From Candidatus Poseidoniia archaeon (GTDB lineage Archaea; Thermoplasmatota; Poseidoniia; MGIII; CG-Epi1): DNA of 64,000 bases. Position numbers and translations under genes: made by a program. Below the pieces are notes generated by a model that saw only the letters and a program-made list of their open reading frames with translations, ran no database searches and was not told the origin of the DNA. Below, piece by piece: positions 28,543 to 38,924 of this stretch. Position 1 is the first letter of the stretch. Each line of letters starts with the position of its first letter. Location: positions 30,095-94,094 of the forward strand of contig JASLZX010000004.1 of NCBI GenBank assembly GCA_030754655.1. The letters run 5' to 3'.

Positions 28543-28991
28543 AGCTCGGCTTCGACCGAATCGGCCGATTCCTCGTCCTCTTCCTCGGGCTCATCGACCG
28601 GCGTGAACTTAGTGCCGTAGTAGATGATGCCGGACTCGCTGTCCTCGCCCAGCTTGCGGAAGACCGCCTCGACGCGCATGCCGCGCTTCACCATCTCGGG
28701 CGCGACATCGACAATCTGCGCCGTTATGCGTGCGCCTTCGTCCATCTCAATCATTGCCATGGGGTAGGGGCCGTGCATCTCGTAGCCCTGCTGCGGCTGG
28801 TAGACCACGGTGTTCGCGACTATCTGGCCGGTGCCAGCGAACTTGTGCTCTTCCATCTTGCCGAGCGACTCGCGGTGGCAACTGGAGCACATCGCGCGCG
28901 GCGGGTAGTGATACATGTCGCAACCGGTGCAGTGCGAACCGATCAGGTTGTAGCGCACCGGCATCTCGCGCCAGAAGCGGGGGACCGCCAT
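28539..28991 (-). CDS. DUF35 zinc-ribbon/OB-fold scaffold protein
   Basis: CxxC...YPPR..CxxC plus OB fold VFRKL...YGTKF; follows the thiolase. Confidence 0.93.
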   Translation of the reverse strand: MAVPRFWREMPVRYNLIGSHCTGCDMYHYPPRAMCSSCHRESLGKMEEHKFAGTGQIVANTVVYQPQQGYEMHGPYPMAMIEMDEGARITAQIVDVAPEMVKRGMRVEAVFRKLGEDSESGIIYYGTKFTPVDEPEEEDEESADSVEAEL

Positions 28992-30157
28992 CAGTTCATC
29001 TCCAGCAGGTGGACCACCGCCGTCGCGCCGGTCCCGCCGTGGTTCTCGAGCAGCCCGAGCGTCGCGCCCTTGACCTGCCGCTCGCCGGCGGTGCCGCGCA
29101 GCTGCTGCACGATTTCGACCGCCTGCGCGACGCCGGTTGCGCCGGGCGGGTGGCCGCGCGCCTTCAGCCCGCCGCCGGTGTTGACCGGGATGGCACCACC
29201 GAGGGCGGTGGCACCATCGAGCGTCAGCTGTCCGGCCGCGCCGCGCTCGGCAAGGCCGATTTCCTCGAGCGCTATCAGTTCGGAGATGGTGAAGTTATCG
29301 TGGATTTCGGCGACGCTGACGTCGGTCGCCTTGCGGCCGGCGTGCGCGAACGCCCGCTCGGCGGCGACGCCGATGGCCGGCATGCGACTCAGGCTGGCGC
29401 GGTGGTGCAGGCTGAGCGTGTCGGACGCCTGCCCCGAGCCGATAATCGAGACTGGCTTCTTCGAAAATTCCTTGGCGCGGTCGCTGGCGCAGAGCACGAC
29501 CGCTGCGCCGCCGTCACTCTGCGGCGCACAGTCGAGCATCCGCAGCGGGTCGGAAACCAGCCCCGAGCCGGAGACCGCTTCTGGCTTGATTGGGAATGGA
29601 AATTGCGCCTGCGGGTTCAATGCCGCGTGGCCGTGGTTTTTCGAAGCGACGGCCGAGAGCATCTCGCGCGTCGTCCCGAACTCGGTCATGTGTGCCTGTG
29701 CCATCATCGCGTGCAGCGACGCAAAGGTTGCGCCCTGCTGCGATTCCCACTCCTCGTCGGCGCCCATCGAGAGCGTGTGCGCCGATTCCGAGTCGCTGAC
29801 GTCGGTCATCTTCTCGGCGCCGCCAACAACCGCGACGTCGATGAAGCCGCCCGCGACCGCCATGTACGCCTGCCGCAACGCCAGCCCGCCCGAGGCGGAG
29901 GCGCTTTCGATGCGCGTCGACGGGACGTGCGCGCCAGCCATGGCGCAGTAGTCGGCAATCAGCGCCGAGACGTGCTCCTGCTGCACCAGCGAACCGGCCG
30001 CCATGTTGCCAACGTAGAGCGCGTCGATGTCGTTGCTGCTGATGCCGGCGTCCTGGATTGCCTCCAGCCCCGCCATCAAGCCGAGCTCGCGCAGCGACTT
30101 GTCCCACAGTTCGCCGAACTTGGTGACGCCGGCGCCGATAATCGAGACTTCCCTCAT
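28991..30157 (-). CDS. Archaeal/SCP2-type acetyl-CoA acetyltransferase (thiolase), Ser variant
   Basis: [16 protein letters not shown] and GHPPGATG motifs. SAS replaces CAS and HDNF replaces HDCF. Sits between HMGCS and DUF35. Confidence 0.9.
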   Translation of the reverse strand: MREVSIIGAGVTKFGELWDKSLRELGLMAGLEAIQDAGISSNDIDALYVGNMAAGSLVQQEHVSALIADYCAMAGAHVPSTRIESASASGGLALRQAYMAVAGGFIDVAVVGGAEKMTDVSDSESAHTLSMGADEEWESQQGATFASLHAMMAQAHMTEFGTTREMLSAVASKNHGHAALNPQAQFPFPIKPEAVSGSGLVSDPLRMLDCAPQSDGGAAVVLCASDRAKEFSKKPVSIIGSGQASDTLSLHHRASLSRMPAIGVAAERAFAHAGRKATDVSVAEIHDNFTISELIALEEIGLAERGAAGQLTLDGATALGGAIPVNTGGGLKARGHPPGATGVAQAVEIVQQLRGTAGERQVKGATLGLLENHGGTGATAVVHLLEMN

Positions 30158-31200
30158 CCGCCCGACCCCATGTGGATTTTCCCGCGATACTTGGCGTAGG
30201 TGGGATAGTTGATTATTTTCATCCTGCTAATCATCTGCTCGACGGTAACGCTGCGGTCTAGGTTCTCAATGTGGTCAGTGATGGTGATGTCGAACCCGTC
30301 GCTGCCGGCGCCCGAGCCGTAGGCGATGGAGAGGATGCGGTCGCCCGGCTTCGCGACATCAAAGACCGCCGCGAGGCCAAGGAAGACTGCGCCGGAGTAG
30401 GTGTTGCCAACGCGCGGCGTCATCAGCCCCGTCTCGACCTGTTCGGGGGTGAAGCCCAGCGCCTTGGCGACCCGCAGCGGGAACTTGCCGTTGGGCTGGT
30501 GGGTGACGATATACTGGTAGTCCTTCGCCTCGGTTCCCGCCATCTTCATCGTCAGCTGCGCGCAGCTGGCGACGTGCCGGAAGTAGGCTGGCTTGCCAGT
30601 GAAGCGGCCGCCGTGGCGCGGGTATTGCTGCCCCTCACGCCGCCAGAAGTCGGGGGTGTCGGTCGTGTAGGAAGTGGTGTGGTTAATTTCGGCAATCACC
30701 TTGTCGCGCCCGATCAGGAACGCGCCGCCGCCCGCCGAGGCGGAATATTCCAGCGCATCGCCCGGCGCCGCCTGCGAAGTGTCGACGCCAATCGCGAGGC
30801 CGTAGTCAATCTGTTTGTCGCCCACCATCCCGAGGCAGGTCTGGATGGCAGCGGTCCCCGCCTTACAGGCGAACTCGTAGTCGGCCGCCGTCAGGTAGGG
30901 CGTCGCGCAGACCGCCTCCGCCACGACGGTCGAACTGGGCTTGACCGCATAGGGATGTGACTCAGAGCCGGTGTAGATTGCGCCAACCTGCTGGCCGGTC
31001 ACACCGCAGCGCTTCATCGCCGTGCGGGCGGACTCGACCGCGATGGTAATCACGTCCTCGTCTGGCCCCGGGACCGACTTGGAGTAGACGTTCAGGTTGC
31101 GCGCCATGGCGCTGCCGTCCTGACCCCACACCGAGGCAATCTCGGTGGTCTCAATCTTGTAGCGCGGAATATACGCGCCATAGCTTACGATTCCATTCAT
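30154..31200 (-). CDS. Hydroxymethylglutaryl-CoA synthase, archaeal
   Basis: [35 protein letters not shown] and YGSGAGSD motifs. Confidence 0.95.
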   Translation of the reverse strand: MNGIVSYGAYIPRYKIETTEIASVWGQDGSAMARNLNVYSKSVPGPDEDVITIAVESARTAMKRCGVTGQQVGAIYTGSESHPYAVKPSSTVVAEAVCATPYLTAADYEFACKAGTAAIQTCLGMVGDKQIDYGLAIGVDTSQAAPGDALEYSASAGGGAFLIGRDKVIAEINHTTSYTTDTPDFWRREGQQYPRHGGRFTGKPAYFRHVASCAQLTMKMAGTEAKDYQYIVTHQPNGKFPLRVAKALGFTPEQVETGLMTPRVGNTYSGAVFLGLAAVFDVAKPGDRILSIAYGSGAGSDGFDITITDHIENLDRSVTVEQMISRMKIINYPTYAKYRGKIHMGSGG

Positions 31201-31877
31201 AATTCATCCAGTCCTGCCTGAACCTGCCCGAGGGAAAGTTCAGTACTGACGAGTACAATCCGTTCCATTTCCGCCAGCTTGGCAGCCAGCTTGTCAACGT
31301 TGCCAGGCTGGATGTAGCAGACCATCCGTGGCTTGACCGGGTGCGCCCGCACCGCAATCATCGGCGAGCGGCCGAACTTGACTCCCGTAAAGAAAAGCGC
31401 ACGCTCGTTGGACCAGCCGTACATCTGGCCGAAGTTGGTGCCCGAGAAAGTGGTAATCGCGCGTAGCGCGTCAACGATAGTGTAGCCGTAGATGGGGCGT
31501 TCCAGTTCCTCCTCCCCGGAGAGCACCTTGCCGCCAGTCGCCTCGACGATGCTCGTAATCGGCAGCCCGATGGCGAATTCCTGGATGCTGGTGATGGCCG
31601 AGTTGCCTTGCTGCCCCTCCATGTTGGTCACGATGCGGCCGCCGTGCGCGCGGTCGTAGCTCACCATGGTTTCGACCAGCCGTCGCACGGTCCCGATACC
31701 GGGCGAGCGGCGGCGGCCTTTCTCGAAATCGCACACCACGCTCGGATTCACCCCGAGGAGGCTCGCCAGCTGCTTCTGTGAAAGCTGGAAGATTTCGCGC
31801 CACTTGCGGAGCGTCTCACCAGGGCTGTCCGAGACCACGATTTCACCCGCCATACGGCGAGTCAGCTGGGCGTCCAC
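31197..31877 (-). CDS. Archaeal XRE-family HTH transcriptional regulator (COG1709-like)
   Basis: [48 protein letters not shown]; first gene of the HMGCS operon. Confidence 0.88.
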   Translation of the reverse strand: MDAQLTRRMAGEIVVSDSPGETLRKWREIFQLSQKQLASLLGVNPSVVCDFEKGRRRSPGIGTVRRLVETMVSYDRAHGGRIVTNMEGQQGNSAITSIQEFAIGLPITSIVEATGGKVLSGEEELERPIYGYTIVDALRAITTFSGTNFGQMYGWSNERALFFTGVKFGRSPMIAVRAHPVKPRMVCYIQPGNVDKLAAKLAEMERIVLVSTELSLGQVQAGLDEL

Positions 31878-32015
31878 GCGGCGGCAGCCAGAGGGTCTAT
31901 ATAACGATAAGCGTATCCCACTTCGTCAATCGTCAAACATGCGGGGCGGCAGGGGCTGCTGGCCGTTGGCCGGCTTGCAGACGACCTATATAAATACCGC
32001 CGGTAGTGCAATCGT

Positions 32016-32573
32016 GTGTCCCATTCAGTCTTCACACCGCATTCGCTCTTCCTGGCTCGCGGCACCGGCACTCATCGCGAGAAGCTCGCCTCGTTTGAGC
32101 TGGCGCTGCGCGAGGCGGGCATCGAGTGCTACAACCTCGTGTCGGTTTCCTCCATCCTGCCACCGCGCTGCGAGTTTGTCGAGCTGGTGGATGGAACAGG
32201 ATTGCTCCAGCCGGGACAGGTGGTCCCGGTTGTCATGGCTCGCAGCGACAGCAACGTGCCGGGGACGCTTGTCAGCTCCGGCGTCGGCGTCGCGGTGCCG
32301 CGTAACCGCGACCACTATGGTTACCTCTCCGAGCACCACGCCACCGGTATGGGCGAGCAGGAGATGGAGGATTACGTCGAGGACCTCGCCGCCGAGATGC
32401 TCGCGACTACCTACGGCATCGCGTTCGACCCTGACGCGTCGTGGGATGAAAAACGTGAAATCTGGAGCATCGACAACCGCATCGTGCGCACCCGTTCAGT
32501 GAACCAGGTCGCGACCGTTGGCGAGAATGGTTTCTGGACCACGACCGTCGCTGCGGCGGTGCTGGTACTCTGA
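32016..32573 (+). CDS. pdaD: Pyruvoyl-dependent arginine decarboxylase
   Basis: SFELALREAGI..YNLVSVSSILPP self-cleavage motif and GYLSEHH. TATA tatataaata about 25 nt upstream. Confidence 0.92.
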   Translation: MSHSVFTPHSLFLARGTGTHREKLASFELALREAGIECYNLVSVSSILPPRCEFVELVDGTGLLQPGQVVPVVMARSDSNVPGTLVSSGVGVAVPRNRDHYGYLSEHHATGMGEQEMEDYVEDLAAEMLATTYGIAFDPDASWDEKREIWSIDNRIVRTRSVNQVATVGENGFWTTTVAAAVLVL

Positions 32574-32613
32574 CGGGAACCGCTTAATACCGGGAGCACA
32601 TCGTCGAGGCAGC

Positions 32614-33855
32614 ATGGCCGAGGCGCGCACTCTCTGGACATACCGGGACAAGTCGCTAATTACCACTATGGCGATCGGTAGCGAGGGGGAGTTCTGCGCT
32701 GTCGGTAGCCGGCAGAGTGGAATCACGTTCCTCGGGCCGGACGGCCGGCAGCTCTGGCGGCAGCAAGAAATATCCGACATCCGCGATATCTCGCTCGCCG
32801 GCAACGCGCGCGCGGTACTGGTCGCCAGCGGCGACAACTCCATCCACTACCTCGACCGGCGCGGACGCGAAATATGGTCTCGCAGTACCAGCCACTCCGC
32901 GACTGCGGTTGGTGTCTCCAACCGCGCCGACCTAATCGTTGTTGGCACCCGCCGGGGCAACCTCTCTGCCTACGACCGCACCGGCAAGCTGCTTTGGGAG
33001 CACCAGCCGGGCGGGACCGACTTCCGCATCAACGACGTCGCCATCTCGGCCAACGGCCACTACGTCGTCGTCGGGACCGACTACATGCACATCTACCTCT
33101 ACGACGCGAAGGGGAACGTGCTGTGGGGCACCGAGACCACCGGCAAGGTGCTCGAGGCGTGCGTCAGCAACAACGGAGACTACATCGGCTACATGACCGA
33201 TGACAACCGCATCTACTTTGCGGTCAAGAATTCGCGCGTCATCTGGGAATACCACTTCAACCGCCAGCCGCTCTGGATTGACATGGCCTCGACCGCCGAC
33301 TTCCTCGTCGTCGGCGAGAGCCCGCGCAAGGTCTCGGTCTTCACCAAATCAGGCCGCCGCGCCTGGAGCTTCGAGCTCCCTGACGGCAGCCCTGTCGGCC
33401 GCATGGCGCGCAGCGGCGGCCACGTGTTGGTTGGCGGCCGCAAGGGGGGCGCCACCATGCTCGGCATCGAGGCGTTCCTCGCGAAACTGCAGCGGCAGTC
33501 GCAGCGGCAGGTCGAGCGCGCGCGCAGCGAGGGGCTCGACACACAGGAGGCGGAGCAGCTGCTCTACGCTGCCAAGCGCGCGCTGGCCGACGGGTCGCAT
33601 CAGGAATTCCTCGAAACTATCGGCAAGGCCAATGCCGCCGCGCAGGAGGCGCCCCTGGCGCGCAAGCAGGAGAAAAAGTCTGTCACCGGAGCAGGAGGCG
33701 ATAGCAACGCCTGCGGCAGTTGCGGGACGGGCAACCCCTCTGGCTTCCAGTTCTGCGGTGGCTGCGGCCAGAAACTCTCGTTCAGCTGTGCTGGCTGCGG
33801 GACGCCGGCGCAACCCGATTTCAAGTTCTGTGGCAATTGCGGCCACACTCTCTGA
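32614..33855 (+). CDS. WD40/PQQ-like beta-propeller protein with helical linker and C-terminal double zinc ribbon
   Basis: Repeated G..LW blades and four CxxC pairs (CGSC, FCGGCG, CAGC, FCGNCG) at the C-terminus. Confidence 0.85.
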   Translation: MAEARTLWTYRDKSLITTMAIGSEGEFCAVGSRQSGITFLGPDGRQLWRQQEISDIRDISLAGNARAVLVASGDNSIHYLDRRGREIWSRSTSHSATAVGVSNRADLIVVGTRRGNLSAYDRTGKLLWEHQPGGTDFRINDVAISANGHYVVVGTDYMHIYLYDAKGNVLWGTETTGKVLEACVSNNGDYIGYMTDDNRIYFAVKNSRVIWEYHFNRQPLWIDMASTADFLVVGESPRKVSVFTKSGRRAWSFELPDGSPVGRMARSGGHVLVGGRKGGATMLGIEAFLAKLQRQSQRQVERARSEGLDTQEAEQLLYAAKRALADGSHQEFLETIGKANAAAQEAPLARKQEKKSVTGAGGDSNACGSCGTGNPSGFQFCGGCGQKLSFSCAGCGTPAQPDFKFCGNCGHTL

Positions 33856-33901
33856 CGATACGGGCTGAGCAGGTTGTTTAATACCTGAGCGGTTGCCCCC
33901 C

Positions 33902-35680
33902 ATGGCCTCCACGACTCCCTCCCGTTTGCTCGAGAACGCAATGAAGTACGCCGACCAGCCGGCGCTTTCATCACCGTCAGGCGACGACTGGATGACCGAG
34001 ACCTGGTCCGAAGTCACTGAATTCGTGATGGACATCGCCAAGTCGCTGGTCGCGCTGGGCTTCGAGCCGGGCGATAAACTGAGCATTTACAGCTACAACC
34101 GTCGCGAATGGTATGGTGGCTACCTCGCCGCGCAGATGGCGGGCGGTGCCGGAGTTGGCATCTACCACACTTCGTCGGCCGAGGAGGTCGAGTGGATTGC
34201 CGGCAACTCGGAATCGAAAGTGCTGTTTGTCGGTGACAACCCGATGGCGGCTGGCGACAAGGACAAGATGCCGCAGCACCGGCTGATGCAAGTCATAGAC
34301 GGCCTGCCCGCGGTCGAGCACTTCGTGCTGCTGCCGGGCGTAGGTGGAGTAGAGCACGAGCGGATGATGACCTGGGATGCGTTCATGGGTCACGGCAGCG
34401 GAGTCGAGACCGCGACGCTCCACGAGCGCGTCGGCGCGCTGACCGACGCCGATACGAGCGCGCTTATCTACACTTCCGGGACAACGGGCAACCCCAAGGG
34501 CGTCGTGCTGACGCACGGCAACTGGAATTTCGAGGTCAAGGCGGCCGACTTCGCCTTCCTGTTTACTCAGGGGGAGCGCTATGTTTCGTGGCTGCCGCTG
34601 GCGCACGTTTTCGGCCAGTTGATTGACAACCATTACTGGGTCGACAAGGCGATGCACATGTATGTGGCGGACAACCCGCTCAACGTCGTCGACCTCGCCA
34701 AGGAGGTGCAGCCGCACCTGTTCATCGGCGTCCCACGCATCTACGAGAAAATATATTCCAATGTCAAGGCCGCTATTGATAGTAAGGCCTATCTCCGCAT
34801 CGGTCTCAGGTCGCCGATTGCGAGTATCTTCCGCAAGATACTGAGGAAGAAGACCGGGATGAAGGCGTGCCGCTTCGCCGTCACCGGCGCGGCGCCCATC
34901 AATCCAGATATCCTGGAGCTGTTCCAGTCGCTCGGCATCCCCATCTTTGAGGGATACGGTATGACCGAGAACACGGCGGGCGCGACGCTCAACTACGCCG
35001 AGCAGAACCGCGTCGGCAGCGTCGGCCCAGTATTCCCCGGTACCGAGATGAAGGTGGCCGACGATGGCGAGCTGCTGATTCGCGGCCCGCACGTCATGAA
35101 GGGCTACTACAAGGACCAGAAGGCGACCGATGCGGTGCTCCGCGACGGCTGGCTCTACACCGGAGACGTCGGAACAATTGACAGCGACGGCTTCGTGAAA
35201 ATCACCGGTCGCAAGAAGGAAATTTACGTCAGCTCGGGCGGCAAGAACATCGCGCCGCTGGTCATCGAGGAGACCATGAAATCGATGCCACTGGTGTCGC
35301 AATGCTTCTTGGTCGGCGACGCCCGCAAGTACTGTTCGGCGCTGTTGACGCTCGACGCTTTCGCCATCATGCGCGACAAGCTCGGGATGGACCCGCTCAA
35401 AATACCCAAGAATCCTGTCGAGCAGGTGGCGAAGCTGGAGGAGCTGGGGCATCCGCTGGAGGAATACACCGGCTCGGCCGACATCCGCGCTGAAATCCAG
35501 GCGCAGGTGGACGAGCTGAACCAGAAATTTTCGAACCCCGAACAGGTCAAGAAATTCGCCCTCCTGCCGCGCGACTTCACCGTCGACGACGGCGAGCTGA
35601 CTCCCACGCTCAAAATCAAGCGCAAACCCATCGCCGCGAACTGGGCGGCGGAAATCGAGTCGCTCTACGCCGACGCATGA
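33902..35680 (+). CDS. Long-chain fatty acid--CoA ligase (AMP-dependent synthetase)
   Basis: IYTSGTTGNPKG, EGYGMTE, WLYTGD, GRKKE and ELTPTLKIKR motifs. Confidence 0.92.
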   Translation: MASTTPSRLLENAMKYADQPALSSPSGDDWMTETWSEVTEFVMDIAKSLVALGFEPGDKLSIYSYNRREWYGGYLAAQMAGGAGVGIYHTSSAEEVEWIAGNSESKVLFVGDNPMAAGDKDKMPQHRLMQVIDGLPAVEHFVLLPGVGGVEHERMMTWDAFMGHGSGVETATLHERVGALTDADTSALIYTSGTTGNPKGVVLTHGNWNFEVKAADFAFLFTQGERYVSWLPLAHVFGQLIDNHYWVDKAMHMYVADNPLNVVDLAKEVQPHLFIGVPRIYEKIYSNVKAAIDSKAYLRIGLRSPIASIFRKILRKKTGMKACRFAVTGAAPINPDILELFQSLGIPIFEGYGMTENTAGATLNYAEQNRVGSVGPVFPGTEMKVADDGELLIRGPHVMKGYYKDQKATDAVLRDGWLYTGDVGTIDSDGFVKITGRKKEIYVSSGGKNIAPLVIEETMKSMPLVSQCFLVGDARKYCSALLTLDAFAIMRDKLGMDPLKIPKNPVEQVAKLEELGHPLEEYTGSADIRAEIQAQVDELNQKFSNPEQVKKFALLPRDFTVDDGELTPTLKIKRKPIAANWAAEIESLYADA

Positions 35681-35958
35681 GCCTGCTGCGCGCCAGCTTC
35701 GCGCTTTGCGGCATCCTTGCGCTCGCCAACACTCTGCTGGCGGAGCGCGCGCTGGTCGAGTATCTGGCGTATCTGGCGGCGCTGGCGGCGTTCGGCCTTG
35801 CGGCGTGGTGGCCCGACCCGCTGCCGCCGCCCCCCGTGCCGGGGCAGTGGTCGGTGCCCGCCGTGGAGCGCGAACGCGCGCACGCCGAGTGCAGCGGCTG
35901 CGGACGCGAAGTGGATGCTGGCTGGTCGATGTGTCCCTACTGCTCGGCGCGGCTGTAG
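35677..35958 (+). CDS. Small two-TM protein with C-terminal zinc ribbon
   Basis: ATGA overlap with the ligase stop, two hydrophobic helices, a Pro linker and CSGCG...WSMCPYC. Confidence 0.75.
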   Translation: MSLLRASFALCGILALANTLLAERALVEYLAYLAALAAFGLAAWWPDPLPPPPVPGQWSVPAVERERAHAECSGCGREVDAGWSMCPYCSARL

Positions 35959-36020
35959 CAAGCGCGGCGGCTGCGCTTGTGGCTCCGGCAGTCTAAAGAG
36001 CCCCAAGGATAGTGGGGACC

Positions 36021-36275
36021 ATGGCCCAGACGGAGGTCGGTCGGGTTGACAAGTATTTCCGCAAGGTAGGCGTCGTGGCACTCGAGCTGAGTGCGGCCAT
36101 CGCAGTCGGCGACAAGCTGCGCTTCTCCGGCGCCACTACCAACTTCGAGATGAAGCTGGAGTCGATGCAGATTGACCATGAGGTGGTCGAGAGCGCCGCC
36201 GCAGGCGCGGACGTCGGCATCGCGGTACCGGAGCGGGTGCGGCGCAGCGACACGGTCTATCGCGTCAGCGACTGA
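36021..36275 (+). CDS. Small translation-factor-like beta-barrel protein
   Basis: VGRVDKYFRKVGV...VGD.L...G.TT.F...ESMQIDH..V..A..G..VGI.V..RVR..D.VY pattern. Confidence 0.8.
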   Translation: MAQTEVGRVDKYFRKVGVVALELSAAIAVGDKLRFSGATTNFEMKLESMQIDHEVVESAAAGADVGIAVPERVRRSDTVYRVSD

Positions 36276-36312
36276 CGCCAACTTTATCACCCGCCGACGC
36301 TCCACCGCCATA

Positions 36313-38337
36313 ATGCGACGACTTGCGGCAATCCTGCTGGCGGTGCTGCTGCTGGCGGGCAACTTGCAGTTGCCTGCGGCGAGCGAACCGGCTGCGCCAG
36401 CCGCTTCCACGGTGCCAGCGCCAGCGCCAGCGACCGCCGACGACACGCCGCCGGCCGCGCCGTGGTGGGAGCGCACGTCGCGCGACGCGGACCGCAACGG
36501 CCTCGTTGACTGGCTCGAAACGCGCGATGCGTCCACGGCTGTCGGGGTTTCCTACGGATACCAGCCGGGCGAGCGCGAGCTGGAGTCGCTGCTGCTGGCG
36601 GGCTTCGAGCCGCGGCTGCTGCTCTCCGACGCGGTGCTGCTCGGCCCTATCGCTCCCGAGCGCTTCGCGCTGGCTGCGTCGCTGCCGGGGGTCGTGATGG
36701 TCGAGCCGTATGGCAAGGTCGTGTTCTACGGCGACGTGCAGACGCCCAATATCAAGGCGAAAAATTCGACTGCTTACCCCATGGGTGCGTGGGACCTAGG
36801 TTACACCGGCCGTGGGGTCAACATCGCGATTGTTGATACGGGTATCGACGATGGCCATCCGGGGCTGACTGGGAAATTCGTGGCGGGGTTCGACGCGGTC
36901 TGCACCGATGACGAGGCCTGTATCCTGACTGTCGGCGACGGCTCCGGCGATTACGGTGTGTTGAGCCAGGAAGACGACGGCAGCTTCAACCCGGACGACA
37001 AGAACCAGCACGGCACTGCCTGCTCGGGAATGGCGACCTCCACCGGGCTGCTGCCCGACGGGACACTCAGCGACTATCAGGGCGCCGCGCCCGACGCGTC
37101 GCTGGTCGACGTGCGCATCGGCACCGCGCTGGGCGCAGGGCCGTTCGAGAACTCGTTTCTCGAGCAGGAATTCTACGAGTCGGCCATGAACGGCCTGCAA
37201 TGGGTTCTCGATAACCGCGATAATCCGTGGGCTGGCGCGGACGAGGCGAACCACGGCATCGACATCGTTTCGCTCTCGTGGGGCATAATCTCGGAAGATC
37301 CAGAAGGGTCGGACGGCACCGACATGCACTCGCGGCGGCTCGACGAACTGAGCGAGGCGGGCGTCGTCGTCAGCGTTGCCGCCGGCAACGACGGCCCCAA
37401 CAACGATGGCCTCTCGGGGATGGGCTCGTCGAGCCTCTCGGTCACGGTCGGTGCACTCGACGACCAGAACACCATCGAGCGCGGCGACGACACCATCGCC
37501 GGCTACAGCAGCCGCGGCCCGCGGCGCGACAACAATGATGGCTACCCCTATGACGAGCTGAAGCCCGACATAAGCGCGTCCGGCAGTAATATCGTGCAGG
37601 CTGAGGCGTGCACGAACAGGATTCCCCCGACGCGCTGTGACGCTACGAACAACGGCTACTCCGGCCGTGGCTCCGGCACTAGTTACGCGACGCCGTCGGT
37701 GGCGGGGGTGATGGCACTGCTGCTCGAGGTCAACGACAACCTGACCCCTGCCGTGGTCAGGGAAATCCTGCGCACCACCGCCGAGCCGCGCGGCGAGCCG
37801 ACCTACCCCGAACTGGACCTGTTCTGGAACCGCGATTTCGGCTGGGGCATGGTCGACGCGCTGCTGGCGGTCGAGGAGGCGACAAAGCTGGAAGACCCCG
37901 AGAACGTCGATGTTGAGCTGCAGGCGCACATCCTCGAGACCATCACGAACGACTCCGTCGTCATCAAGGGCGTCTCGTGGGCGCGGCTCGGCAACGTCTC
38001 GGCGGTGCAGTACCGCATCGATGGCGGGCCGTGGCGCGAGGTGCACGACTACGCGGTCGCACTGCCGCAGCCGACCGGCGCCTACATTCCGTGGTCCATC
38101 ACGCTCAGTGAGGAAGAACTGGCGTTCAGCGGCAACCACGCGCTCTTCGTCCGCGCGCTCGGCAACGACGGCTTCCACTCGCTGACGCCGCATGTCCATT
38201 TCGTTGCCGACGGTTTCACTCCCGAGTCGAGCGCGCGCGACTTGCTGCCGCTGATTCTCGCCCTTGCGGTGGCGCTGGGCGGCACGGTCGCGGTCGTTGC
38301 GTGGCGCGGTGGTTACCTTACGGCGCCGCGCGATTAG
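36313..38337 (+). CDS. Secreted S8 (subtilase) serine protease with C-terminal TM anchor
   Basis: Signal peptide, triad VDTG / HGTAC / GTSYATP, AAGN oxyanion hole, Ig-like domain and TM helix. Confidence 0.93.
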   Translation: MRRLAAILLAVLLLAGNLQLPAASEPAAPAASTVPAPAPATADDTPPAAPWWERTSRDADRNGLVDWLETRDASTAVGVSYGYQPGERELESLLLAGFEPRLLLSDAVLLGPIAPERFALAASLPGVVMVEPYGKVVFYGDVQTPNIKAKNSTAYPMGAWDLGYTGRGVNIAIVDTGIDDGHPGLTGKFVAGFDAVCTDDEACILTVGDGSGDYGVLSQEDDGSFNPDDKNQHGTACSGMATSTGLLPDGTLSDYQGAAPDASLVDVRIGTALGAGPFENSFLEQEFYESAMNGLQWVLDNRDNPWAGADEANHGIDIVSLSWGIISEDPEGSDGTDMHSRRLDELSEAGVVVSVAAGNDGPNNDGLSGMGSSSLSVTVGALDDQNTIERGDDTIAGYSSRGPRRDNNDGYPYDELKPDISASGSNIVQAEACTNRIPPTRCDATNNGYSGRGSGTSYATPSVAGVMALLLEVNDNLTPAVVREILRTTAEPRGEPTYPELDLFWNRDFGWGMVDALLAVEEATKLEDPENVDVELQAHILETITNDSVVIKGVSWARLGNVSAVQYRIDGGPWREVHDYAVALPQPTGAYIPWSITLSEEELAFSGNHALFVRALGNDGFHSLTPHVHFVADGFTPESSARDLLPLILALAVALGGTVAVVAWRGGYLTAPRD

Positions 38338-38821
38338 TCGCGCGATTATTTCCTGCGCTCGCTTCGTGCGCCAACAACCACTCCTTCGCGCCCGGCAGTC
38401 CCGACCATCCTCCCGGGTCGCTGACGCCGACCGCGCGGTGGCATGGTATCAGCACCGGAATCGGGTTTCGCGCGCACGCCTGCCCCACCGCCTGCGCGGC
38501 GCGAGGCGACCCGGCCCGCGCCGCCAACTCACCGTAGGTGGCGGTCTCGCCCGCCGGGACCGCGCGCAGCGCTTCCCAGACGCGCTGCTGGAAGGCGGTG
38601 CCGCCGGGGCGCAGCATGAGCGCGGGTGGTTCGCCGGCGTCGAAATACGCGCTGAGCACCCTCGCGACGCGCTCGCCCGCTGGCGAGCGAGGTCCGTCGC
38701 CGGCGGCCTTCGCGGGCGCGCCAGTGCGTGGGGAGCGGGGGAACTCTAGCCGTGTGACCACGTCGCCGTCAAGCGTCAGCGCCAGCGGGCCGAGCGGCGA
38801 AGCGACCGCGAACTGTTCCAT
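38318..38821 (-). CDS. ogt: Methylated-DNA--protein-cysteine methyltransferase
   Basis: GTAFQQRVW, TYGELA, AVGQAC.RNP and IPCHR active site. Confidence 0.93.
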   Translation of the reverse strand: MEQFAVASPLGPLALTLDGDVVTRLEFPRSPRTGAPAKAAGDGPRSPAGERVARVLSAYFDAGEPPALMLRPGGTAFQQRVWEALRAVPAGETATYGELAARAGSPRAAQAVGQACARNPIPVLIPCHRAVGVSDPGGWSGLPGAKEWLLAHEASAGNNRATNRAAP

Positions 38822-38924
38822 CGCGCGGGGAGCCGCGGCCGCTTTTTAGCGTTGCTCGACCGGCCGCTTTCAAAAACAAAATTTTTTGAAATAGGGTTAA
38901 ATACTCGTCTTCTCGGGAGGCGGC

